Shown here: in pieces, positions 25,069 to 35,500 of the stretch
Position numbering within the stretch: position 1 is the first letter of the stretch
Layout: each line of letters begins with the position of its first letter
The notes under the pieces: model-generated
Databases searched by the model: none
What the model saw: the letters and a program-made list of their open reading frames with translations, nothing else
What the model was told of the DNA's origin: nothing
Program-made: the position numbers and the translations under genes
Assembly: GCA_043228905.1 (NCBI GenBank)
Contig: JBHGNT010000006.1
Location: 20,770,001 to 20,834,000, forward strand
DNA length: 64,000 bases
From: Azolla caroliniana
Lineage: Eukaryota; Plantae; Polypodiophyta
Reading direction: 5' to 3'

Positions 25069-27185
25069 TCTCGGTTTTCGGAACCGAGGGAGTCGCGGTT
25101 ACGTTCGTGGTTCGGCCGTACCGTCAGAAACTGGACCGAATGGCGCCCGTCTTGGCTTTTGACCCTTGCGTAGGCCGAACCATTGTCCAGCACTTTGGTC
25201 TCCATTCGCGCCGCCGTGATGTACGGCTCTCCCAGAATGACCGGATGCGAAGACGTCTCCTGCACGAAGAAGTGCTGGTCAATCTCAACGTCGCCGATCT
25301 TGACTCGCACATTCGGACAGGCCCCGTGCAGTTCCTCGGTGGCGCGCGTTGCTGCCCTTATTTTCCACCCGTGCTTGGTGTTGATCGGCCATTTGCCCTT
25401 CTTATAGAAGTCCATGGACATCAAATTGATCTCCGATCCGTGGTCCACCAAAGCTATCACCGGTTCCTGGACATCGCCGATCTTTACCGGGGTTTCCGTG
25501 GTCGCTCGGGCCCAGTGTGGTCTCGAATAGTGGCTTTCCGCCCACTCGTCTCCCAGCGCCATGTCGTCTAGGTGCGTCGTCCGCACTTCCACCGGTCTTT
25601 CCGGTTCTGTCTCCGTCGACAGCCTCTTCCGTTTCACCAAGTCCACGATGGAGTCGTGGAACTCCTTCTTGGCAATTCCCAGCACCTCTCGTAACGACAA
25701 CTCCACCTTGCTGTCGAGGATCCGTTCCTCCAGGACCTTTCGTAAGTCCGTGGTCCTTTCTATCTCCGTCCCCAGACGGTACCCGCCCTTCTGGGGTTTA
25801 TCTTGCGTACCGGCCCCGCCGGCTTCGTCCCGTCGTGGCCCGGACCGGGTCTCGTATCGTTGTGAGGGCCCGGTCGTCCCGGGTCTCCCCACCCGCTTCT
25901 CTTCTACCAGAGCCTCGTAGTTCTGGCAAGCGGCTTCCACGAAGCCCGTCCTTTCCTCGACCGGGTCGCTCCACCCGGTCATCTCCCGTACCCGTTTCTC
26001 CGCACGGTCCGATTCCTCCCCTTTAAGCCTTGCACCGGCAAGGCCTTCCAGCATCGTCGGCCAGAATCCGGCTTTGCTTTCCCTTCGGGCCTCGCCGCCC
26101 CCGACTCGAATGCCGGCCGACGCCGAGTAGTGGACGGTTTCCGCGTGTCGGGCCGCCGCCTCTTCCATCAACCTTTTCATACCACCTCGCCCGTCGTTTC
26201 GGCTCAGGGCCCTTCGGGTGTCGCTGGCATGCACCCGTCCTTCCCACAGGTACACCACCCTGTTCCTCAGCGCCTCCGCGAAGTCGCCGCAGTCCTTCCG
26301 AATGTGGCCGACTTCATCGCACCACATGCACCTGTTTCCTGCCGCCGGCCGTCGGTCACGAGCCGGTTCGCCTCCTTCCCTTCGGGCCTGCGCGATTTGG
26401 AGGTCCTTTATCGCCTTCGTCAATTCCTCCAGCGCCGCTCCTCCGGTTGAGCCTCTGACTACGCCGGTCGAAGCCGAACCGGTATCCAACCACTCTCGGT
26501 TCTCTTCCTTTCGCACCTGTGGCGCTGGTTCGAGCTTCCTTGCTGCAACCGAGCCCGACCCGGTTGCCCCGTTATCCGCCCATTCTCGCCGTTTGTCGAA
26601 ACGGCCACAGACCTTCCTGACAGCCGCCCAGTCGGTAGTGAGCCCGTCTTCGGTTTCCAGCAAGAGGCCCACTTGCTCCCGATCCCGCTCGTCGACCGAC
26701 ATGACAAACAGCAAGACCCGGCTCGTGTCCAGGATGGTTCGGTCGAGCGCCGAAAGGCGCGCAAAGTTTTCCTCGAACTCCCGGAGGAGCGCCGACGCGT
26801 TTCTTCCCTTCCCCGGGGACTCCACCCATTCCATGAACCTTCGCTTCGAAAGCCGGAGCGCGTCGTCCAGCCCGTATTTCTCTAGGAGCCGACCTTCGAA
26901 CTCCTCCCAGGTACGGCTCTCCGTCCGCACCTCGAGCACCTCCGCATGGATGCTCGGCATCGCCACTCGGGGAAATCCGGCAAGACGCCTTTCTTCCGGA
27001 ATGTCTCGCATCAGCATCTCTGCACCGTAGGACGCCAAATACTTCGTGGCATCCTTCCCATCGAACCGGCCGATCGTGCCGACGACCGCCTCAATAGCTC
27101 TGTCGAGGGCACCGGTGATCTCGCGCGCGTTTACAATCCGATCCACAGCCGAAGCCATGGCCTCTGCGAGATCCGACCACCTCAT
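25059..27185 (-). CDS. gag: E3 Gag-protease polyprotein
   Basis: Open frame (in-frame GTG at 27212 inside the PBS, first ATG at 27185). CMWCDEVGHIRKDC zinc knuckle; aspartic-protease-like ALVDHGSEINLM ... VILGEP. Confidence 0.92.
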   Translation of the reverse strand: MRWSDLAEAMASAVDRIVNAREITGALDRAIEAVVGTIGRFDGKDATKYLASYGAEMLMRDIPEERRLAGFPRVAMPSIHAEVLEVRTESRTWEEFEGRLLEKYGLDDALRLSKRRFMEWVESPGKGRNASALLREFEENFARLSALDRTILDTSRVLLFVMSVDERDREQVGLLLETEDGLTTDWAAVRKVCGRFDKRREWADNGATGSGSVAARKLEPAPQVRKEENREWLDTGSASTGVVRGSTGGAALEELTKAIKDLQIAQARREGGEPARDRRPAAGNRCMWCDEVGHIRKDCGDFAEALRNRVVYLWEGRVHASDTRRALSRNDGRGGMKRLMEEAAARHAETVHYSASAGIRVGGGEARRESKAGFWPTMLEGLAGARLKGEESDRAEKRVREMTGWSDPVEERTGFVEAACQNYEALVEEKRVGRPGTTGPSQRYETRSGPRRDEAGGAGTQDKPQKGGYRLGTEIERTTDLRKVLEERILDSKVELSLREVLGIAKKEFHDSIVDLVKRKRLSTETEPERPVEVRTTHLDDMALGDEWAESHYSRPHWARATTETPVKIGDVQEPVIALVDHGSEINLMSMDFYKKGKWPINTKHGWKIRAATRATEELHGACPNVRVKIGDVEIDQHFFVQETSSHPVILGEPYITAARMETKVLDNGSAYARVKSQDGRHSVQFLTVRPNHERNRDSLGSENREDF

Positions 27186-27207
27186 CTTCTGCTCTTCTGC
27201 CGCCTCT

Positions 27208-27225
27208 TTCACGTCGGGTTCACCA
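27208..27225 (-). promoter_or_regulatory. E3 primer-binding site, complementary to the tRNA-Trp 3' end
   Basis: TGGTGAACCCGACGTGAA is the complement of the plant cytosolic tRNA-Trp 3' end (...UUCACGUCGGGUUCACCA, recalled from knowledge); 4-nt spacer from the LTR. Confidence 0.85.
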
Positions 27226-27229
27226 AAGA

Positions 27230-28041
27230 TGTCGAGATATTACGCAAGTGCGTGTGGAATCGAGGCGGGACCGCGGGGGTCTCGAACCAAAGAGCAAGCG
27301 AGGGAGGAGAGAGAGAGAACCTGCTACGCAGAACCGGGGATACACAGGGACACGGCCCTTCAACACGGAGAACACGAACGGACACCGACTCAGACAGATG
27401 CGGATGACTAGATATGTATATTAACAAAATGGCTAACACGACTACAACCCTCGATGGGGCACAGGTTGGTTACGACCGAACAGGCCGGCGAACAGATGCC
27501 GATGCCTGTTCGCTTCGACGCACAAACAGGGGGAACGGGGTGAACGGGGTTTTGCAGGTCGGAGGTGCTGCCGGAAGCACTCGGCGTTCCTCGAAACAGC
27601 GCGAGCCTCCTCGGAACCCTGCACAGAAAGCTATCGAGCTCAAGAAGGAAGGAAACAGAGAGAGAGAAGCGTCCAGAAACGGTCCGACAGCACTTCGTCC
27701 TCTCCGCCCGAGATGCCTGCAACAGCTCTTTCCTCCTCTTTTTATAGCCGAGCGAGCAGGCCGTCATGTCAGCTTTTATTCCCTGTCCCTTTTGGACAGG
27801 GATCCGCTCCGTCCTTCACGCGTCCGCGTAGTTACGCCGCCGACTCGTACAGTTCCTTCGCTCGCGCGTGCGACCGAAAAGACTGTTCGCGCGGTCTTTG
27901 TCTCCACTTGTGTCAGGGCCCGTTCCTGCCGATTATCCTCCTAATTCGCTTCCATGTACAACTTGGAGCTTGCGCGCGTGAAGAACCGGTTCCCACGCCT
28001 AGGTGCGCCGATTCCGCCTATGGACGGTTTTCTTCACGACA
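27230..28041 (-). repeat. E3 5' LTR
   Basis: Direct repeat of 20697-21508. Confidence 0.95.
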
Positions 28042-29378
28042 GCGTGAAGATCGGCGTTGTCGAGATTGATCAACACTTTTTCGTGTAGGAGACCTCCTTG
28101 CATCCGGTGATTCTTGGCGAGCCATACATTACGGCGGCCCGTATGGAGACCAAAGTGTTGGACAACGGTTCGGTGTACGTGCGGGTGAAGAGCCAAGATG
28201 GGCGTCACTCCGTCCAATTTTTGATGGTGCGACCAAACCACGAGCGTAACCGCGAGTCTCTCGACAACGACGACCGAGAGGATTTTTAGAGAGGGCTATC
28301 AAGGTGTGGGGCCGCAATAGTCTGGAGACCCCGGAGAAACCACATACGTGTACAATAGATAGGAATTTTTGGTTCTTCGACAATGGAGGTTTTACTATAA
28401 CCGGCGTTAGAGACCGGGAAAGGAAAAGGGTCGAAGAGCGTTTAAGGGCGTGCGGTGTCCTTAGCTTCGACGACAAGATTAGCGGTGCCATGGAGGCGGT
28501 CTCTTTCGACGACACCCTTGAAGAGATTGGAAGGGTGGCCGATGAAAGTATGAGCGAAGACCAAGTAATTTCGGTTAGTTCTGTGGAAATGTACGAAGTC
28601 ATCGCGGACTTCGGAGAGATGATTGGGTCGGAGAAGACGGCCCAGTTTGACACCAAGTACAAGATTGTGGACCGGAAGGTGAGGCCGGTCGGAACTCCCT
28701 TTGCCAGAGGGTAGCGAGGAGCGAATGAAGGGGGTTGTGTCAGACCCCAAGTCTGCGGAATCCGGCTAGCATAGGGCATCGGTTCACCAACGAGACGCTA
28801 AGGGAGCTGAAGATTGGTGGGGGTGGCTTCCTACTGCCGGCAGAAGAGGGCCGGTTTCGGAGGATGCTCGGGAGGCACGGGAAGGCCTTCACATTCTTGC
28901 CGGAGGAGATCGGTTGTGTTGACCTGACCATCATGGAGCCGATGGTTATCTTAACGGTGCCGCATGTGCCGTAGGACCTCAAACCAATCCTAGTACCAAG
29001 AGCTCAGATCCCGAAGTTGATGGAGCTACTGAAGGAGAAGGTGGAGATGGGCATCCTCGAGCTATCAAGTGCCCCATATTCGAACCGGTGGTTTACCGTG
29101 CCGAAAAAGAATGGCACATTGCGCTTCATTCAAGATCTACAACCGGTCAATAAAGTGACCATTCGGAACGCATGAATTGGTCCAACCATCGATGAGTTCG
29201 TGGAGGCCTTCGCTGGAAGGTCGATCTACTCGCTTGGAGATTTATACTCAGGCTACGATCAATTCCAACTAGTCGTAGAGAGTAGGGATATCACGACGAT
29301 GCAGACCCCTCTTGGCTTAGTGCGGATGTGTACCCGCCGGCAAGGAGGGACCAATTCGGTGGCACACATGGTGAACGC

Positions 29379-29977
29379 TGTCGAGGAAATCCTCGCGTGT
29401 TCGCGAAATGAAGCAGGACCTCCAGGGTCCTAGACCGGAAGGATTCAATGTTTTTGGCAGCGTAAGCAAGAAAGTATTGAAAATAGATGAAGAAAGAGAG
29501 AGATTGAGATAGAGATTGAACCCTTGACTTTAGTTTTACAAGACAAGATACATCACCATTAGGATAACTCGGATCTTTGATTAAAAGTTTCTTTTTTTAC
29601 TTACCTCACTCCTCCTTACACAAGCCCAACTATAGGCTTTTATAGGTCTCTCCACGCAAAAACCATGGGCTAAAACCATGGGCTAAAACCATGGTTTTGT
29701 GCCCACGGTTTCTATATGTTTGCGTCCAACAAAATACTGAATATGAAAAGGAAATATACAAATTCTAAAGCACTTAGTAGTGGCTTTAGTGGTAAGTTAG
29801 CTCGTCTCTTATCATTGAGGTGCAAGGTTCAAGCCTTGCTTGCACCCCTTTGTATGGACTCAAAGGTTACTAGGCATTAGTCTTATTTTATTTACAAATG
29901 TTTGAGTGCTCATTACACTTTCTCGATTTTGTTTGTTCCACACGATTTTCACACCGTTGCCGAAAATCTTCACGACA
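29379..29977 (-). repeat. E5 3' LTR (599 bp)
   Basis: Direct repeat of 48517-49121; internal AAAACCATGGGCT repeats. Confidence 0.92.
29770..29847 (+). promoter_or_regulatory. tRNA-like A/B-box module in the E5 LTR (antisense; second copy ~48914-48990)
   Basis: TGGCTTTAGTGG (29781-29792) and a perfect T-arm-like hairpin GCAAGG-TTCAAG-CCTTGC. Confidence 0.65.
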
Positions 29978-32574
29978 TCCACCCCCACCAAACCGCACGT
30001 CCTCTGGTACGTGCCAAAAAGAGAGTGCGAGATTTCGGCTACGGTGACCAATCAGATTCTTCCACGTCCTCATTCACATCCATCCTATTATCTTCATCGT
30101 CGAGATGATCGAGGTCAGGATCCTCGTCTTATCTTTTCTTGAAAATATTTACTCTTTTCCCCACAATGGGTATGACCAACCTTGATCCGTCTAGCTCCGC
30201 AAGGTGGTACGCGGCATTATCGTTGGCACTTGCGAACTTTCTTGTTGTATTGTGTTGATTGTCAAGGCTGCTGTCGTAGACCAATACCCAATCTCCTTCT
30301 TCGATCTTCTTGGGATGCAGTCGATGCGTCTTGTCGAACCGAATTTTGTTCTTCACTTGGGCTACCTCCATCATCGTTCACGCTTTTTCTAGATCTTCAG
30401 GTCTTCTTTCAAGTTTCCTTATCCGTGCCGCTAATAACTCTTCTTGGCTCATCTCGTTCTCCCATGGTATCGCTACCCATGAGGTGATCGTCCTTTCGAT
30501 GGGCATTGCCGGCTTTTGTCCATACATAAGCTCCGTTGGCATATACCCTGTCACCGAGCTGTGTGTCGTTCTATCAGCCCACAAGGCATAGGGCAATAGT
30601 CATGGCCAATTCCCGACTCGACTGTTGCATGCTCGTACGATGGCTTTGACGATAGGTCCATGCCCTCCCTCTATCTTCCCATTCACTTTTGGATTGTAGG
30701 CAGTCGCGAGGGAGAGCTTCATGCCTAGTCATTCGAAAAGCTCCATTGCTTCGTGTGCATCCAACTCCCCTCGGTCGGCGACTATCTTTCCCACACATCC
30801 GTATCGGCAGACAACCTCTTCGAGTAGAAATTTGCAAACAACCGATGTCGTCTTATTTGTCAAGGCCCTTCCTTCCACTTGATTTGTCAAGTCTTCTCTT
30901 GCCAGAGCTAAGTACTTCATTTGTCCCACTCCCATTGGCATTGAGACCAGATCCACCATCCATTTGAAGTGTATGGTGAGCGGGTATGTCGGTCGTAGCT
31001 CATCACGATGACGTATATTCGAATGTACTTGGCATGTTTCGCATGTGGACACGAAATTGAGTACATCTTTGTACATTCTTGGCCCTAGTACTTCTCCTTC
31101 AACTTCTCGAACGTCACCCATGTTCCTCTATGACCTGGCCAGGCACTCTTGTGGAATTCGGTCATTAGCGTCACTTGCTCTTCTTTCTTCACCACCACTG
31201 GATGTGGTATTCCTGTCCTTCTTTTTGGGTGTCGCCAAAGGAATTCTCCCTTCAAGAAGTATTGGTAAGCTTTCTTCTGGATTCATAGGGCTTCCTCCTT
31301 CGTCAACGAAGCATATCGTCATTGTTCTTAGGAATCTTCCGATTAGTAACCACTCCCCTTCCGATTACTCTTCCTCATTGAAGGCGTGGAGGTTTAGTGT
31401 GCCCTTGTCTTCCGCCGATAGTAGAGCCATATTGAAGAAGTCGAGGGTGACGTCTTCATCTCTCGAAACCATGTCACCTTCATTCTCAAATCTTGCCCTC
31501 GACAGCATGTCAGCCACAACGTTCTTCTTCCCTTCAATATGGCGGATCTCTGGGTTTAAAGACTTCATATAGGTGATCCACCTTAGCATAGCTAGATCTC
31601 GTGTCGCACATCCTGAGATCATCCTGAGGATTGGGAGACAATCTGTCTCAATTATTACTTCCGACCCGATTAGGTAGTCTTTGTTCATCTTCACTGCCGA
31701 CACAATACCCCAAAGTTCCCACTTGACTTGGGCGTATCTTTGTTGTCGTTCACTGAGAACCTTTGCTCCGAACCGGATGGCATATTGTGCATTATCATCT
31801 CCTTCTTGGTTGGTGACCCACCCGATTCTGGTTGGGCTCGTATCTACAGTCACATAAAACGGCTTCCCTTCGGTATAGTCAACCTTTCTTAGTGCTGGAG
31901 CTTCAAGAAGTAGTTTCTTCAATCTTCGCATCGCGTTGGTGTGCTTGTCTCGCCATTCGAACTTCATTCTTTTCTTTAGCAATCTATATAAAGGTTGGAC
32001 GACATGAGCGTAGTGTGGAATCCAGACATGATAAAACGTGCATGCTCCAAGGAACCTTCGAACCTCTGTTTGGTTTACGCATTCTTCTTTCATGTCCTGG
32101 ATCGCGTTCACCTTGGATGGTGAAGGCTTCCAGCCATATGCTCCACACAAGTGACCTACCACCAAGATCTCTGGGCGACCTACCACCAAGATCTCTGGTT
32201 GCCTGAATACAAATTTTTCTCCCGAAAATGTCAAATTCGCATCTTCGAGCCTTTGAAGCACCTTCTCGCAATCTTTCATATGATCCGCAACGAACTTCCT
32301 ACACCCTTCCTTATCTTTCGATTCATCTTTCTCCTTATCCGAACATCCTTTTATCGGAATATCATCCAAGAATGGCATCGTGATGTTCGAGATGCAATCC
32401 TTCAAGAACTTGTTCATGGCATTCACCATATGAGCCATCGAGTTCGTTGCACCTTGAGGTAAGGTACACATCCGCATGAGCCCGATCAGAGTCCTCATGG
32501 TCGTAATGTCACGACTGTCGATTGCCAACTGGAATTGGTCATATCCGGAGTAGAGATCGCCAATGGAGTAGATG

Positions 32575-35500
32575 TATTAGAGATCTAGGTACTAAAGTAA
32601 GCTTAAGATAAGGATAAACTAATGATAGATAGAAAGGAGAAAGAGAAAGAAGGGTGTTGATCCACCCGACCACCCCCGAGCGAAGGGATCGAGACAGACT
32701 CAAGCCTCAATTGGCGTCCCATACCACCGCCGTGGTGTCGAGTCGTACCTGGTGCTGGAGCGCTCGCTACAAGAGTTGACCCTCCACAAGAGCAGAGTCT
32801 CGATGTAGTCAAAAGATGATCAAATGAAGGTAGCTAGGCCTCTTATTTATAGCGATACCCAAGGCCCCCAGGCAAGTTCACACTTGACCTAATGGGTTGT
32901 CTCAATCCCGAGTATTTAAAGTAATCCTCCCCTTCTTTACACTCTCGTTTAACCCTCACACTTATCCACGTGTATAGAATACTACGGTAAATTCTCACCA
33001 CGGGATATTAAATGGTCATGCCCGTAACATACTCCCCTTCTTTAAAACATTGCACTCTTGCAATGGAAAGTTAGGGAAGTTTGTTCTTAGAGTATTCTCG
33101 CGTTCCCATGTGGCATCTTTGATAGATTTGTCCATCCATTTTATTTTAAATTCTCGGATTTCTTTAGTACGTAACTTTTTTGTTTTAACATCGAGAATTC
33201 TTTCTAGTAAATGTGGTTTCGAAGATACATCTTCAGAAGTAACCAGAGTTTCAGTTGTAACTGTATTGTCGCCAGAACCTAGAAGTTCTTTTAGACAACT
33301 GACATGGAAGACTGGATGTATTCCAACACCATCGGGAAGAGCGAGACGATAAGCTGATGACCCAATGCGTTTGAGGACTGTAAAAGGTCCACAAAACCGT
33401 GGGGCTAACTTAGCGCACTTACCCGTAGACAATGTCTTAGAATTGTGAGGTACACGTAAAAATACCTTCTGTCCAGGTTGAATACACGAGGTTGCCTATG
33501 ATGGTCCGCATAAAAACGCGCTCTACCTTGAGCTGTTTTTATATTATCTCGTGCAATATGCAACATATCTTGCATATCCCGAAGAAAGTTTTGCGTACTT
33601 CGCAACTCATCATGATGTATATTAACATCAATCGGGGCTCGTGGCTGAAAACCATACATCAACATAAAAGGACTATATCCCGTCGATGTATGCTTGGAGC
33701 TGTTATAAGCAAACTCCAAAATTGGGAGATAACGTTCCCATTTTGTTGGTTTTGCACCAACGTATGCTCGAAGCATGTCCTCAATAATTTGATTTACTCG
33801 TTCTGTCTATCCATCGGATTGAGGATGATCCGTGGAGCTCATGCTCAACGTAGTTTCTAACTTCTTAAAGACTTGCGTCCAGAAGTCACTAGTAAACTTT
33901 GGATCTCGATCACTCACGATATCCATCGGTAACCCATAAAAACGAAATAATTCGTCAACGAATTGGTAAGCCAATTCAGGAGTTGTTACCATGGTTTTAG
34001 TAGCAATAAATCTAGCCATTTTAGTTAGTCGATCAACCACAACCCAGATGACATCATGGCCATTTTAGTTGGTCTGTCAACCACAACCTAGATGGCATCA
34101 AGAACTTTTTGGGTGCGAGGAAGGCTAACAATAAAATCCATGGATATACTTTCCCACTTATTATTGGGAATGTCCAAGGGATGTAAAAGTCCTGCGGCTT
34201 TAAGTCGCTCGGCTTTGTTAACCTGACACTGGTGACATTTAGTCACATAGCTATGTATGTCAGGACGCATCTTAGGCCAATAAAATTGAGTGGAGATGAG
34301 AACGAGTGTACGATGTATTCCAGGGTGCCCTGCTGAGGGTGCATCATGGCATTAAAAAAGAATCCTCTTTTTGACCTCGGGTAAATCTGGAACACAAACC
34401 TTCCCATTACGGTAGAGAAAACCGTTAGCAATGTGGAAGTATTCCTTCAAGGATGTGGTGGTGTCTGTTCCAGACTCAACTCTTGCCCAATATTTTGCAA
34501 AATAACTATCATCAGGATACTTTCCTCGAAGGTGATCCTAAAGATCTGATGTTATTTCAGTGAAGCTAAGCATGTTAACTTCACGGATGCGACTTAGTGC
34601 ATCAGCGACAATGTTCATGGAGCCTTTACGATATCGTATGGAAAAATCAAAGTCTTGGATGAGATCAGCCTATCGTGCCTCACGACCTTTGAGGTCTTGT
34701 TGGTCACAAAAATATTTCAAGGACTCATGGTCCGTAGTTACCACAAAGCGATTTCCATAAAGATAATGGCGCCATGTTTTGAGTGCATGTATAACTGCAA
34801 ATAATTCATTTTCTTGAACGGTATACCGACATTGAGCAGAATCAAGTTTCTTACTCTCGAATGCTATTGGTTTACCATCTTGATACCAGACAACACCTAT
34901 AGCATAATTGCTTGCATCGGTTTCAACCTCAAAAGGTTTTGAAGGATCTCGTAAAAGAAGTGAAGGAGCCTTGCAAACCAGGTCCTTGAGTTCCTTAAAG
35001 CCGAGGTCTAGTGTAGCATTCCACACAATAGGTTTTGTAGACTTACGCGTTTGACCTTTTAAAAGATCAGTAAATGACATCGTCAATTGGGAGTATTTAC
35101 GAAGAGACTTTCGCAAAAACCCGATAAAACCAAAGAATGATCGAACTTCTCGAATAAAATCCGAAGAGTGGGCCAAAGCTTGATTTTCTCAATGCGAGAA
35201 GGATCAATTTCAACTTCTCGTTCGGTTATGAGATGTCCTAGATAAGTAATTGATTTCTTGAAGAACTCACATTTTGAGATCTTCACATAAAATTGTTTGT
35301 CACGCAATGTTTGTAAAACAAAGCGGACATGTCTAGCATGTTCTTTTAATGTACAGCTATAAACTAAAATATCATCGAAGAAAATAACGACAAATTTTCC
35401 AAGTTGTTCTCAGAAAATGTCATTCATTTCTTGTTGAAAAGTAGTTGGAGCATTGGTCAAATCAAAAGGCATAACCAAAAACTCGTAATGGCCATAGCGC

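Larger units (their letters stand above)
20697..28041 (-). mobile_element. E3: intact full-length Ty3/Gypsy LTR retrotransposon (non-chromovirus, Phygy/Selgy-like), 7345 bp
   Basis: 812-bp LTRs 20697-21508 and 27230-28041, nearly identical. Perfect TSD GCGT. PBS 27208-27225; PPT GGTGGGGGCGGA 21509-21520. Two uninterrupted ORFs. Clade name is inferred. Confidence 0.96.

Noticed and set aside
21633-27030. Numerous overlapping and antisense ORFs over gag/pol (also in E7 and E8)
   Set aside because: Expected shadow ORFs of GC-rich coding sequence; no domains.
32152-32200. Small tandem duplications in decayed elements (24 bp here; 21 bp at ~48445; ~45 bp at ~34015)
   Set aside because: Ordinary repair or slippage scars in dead copies.
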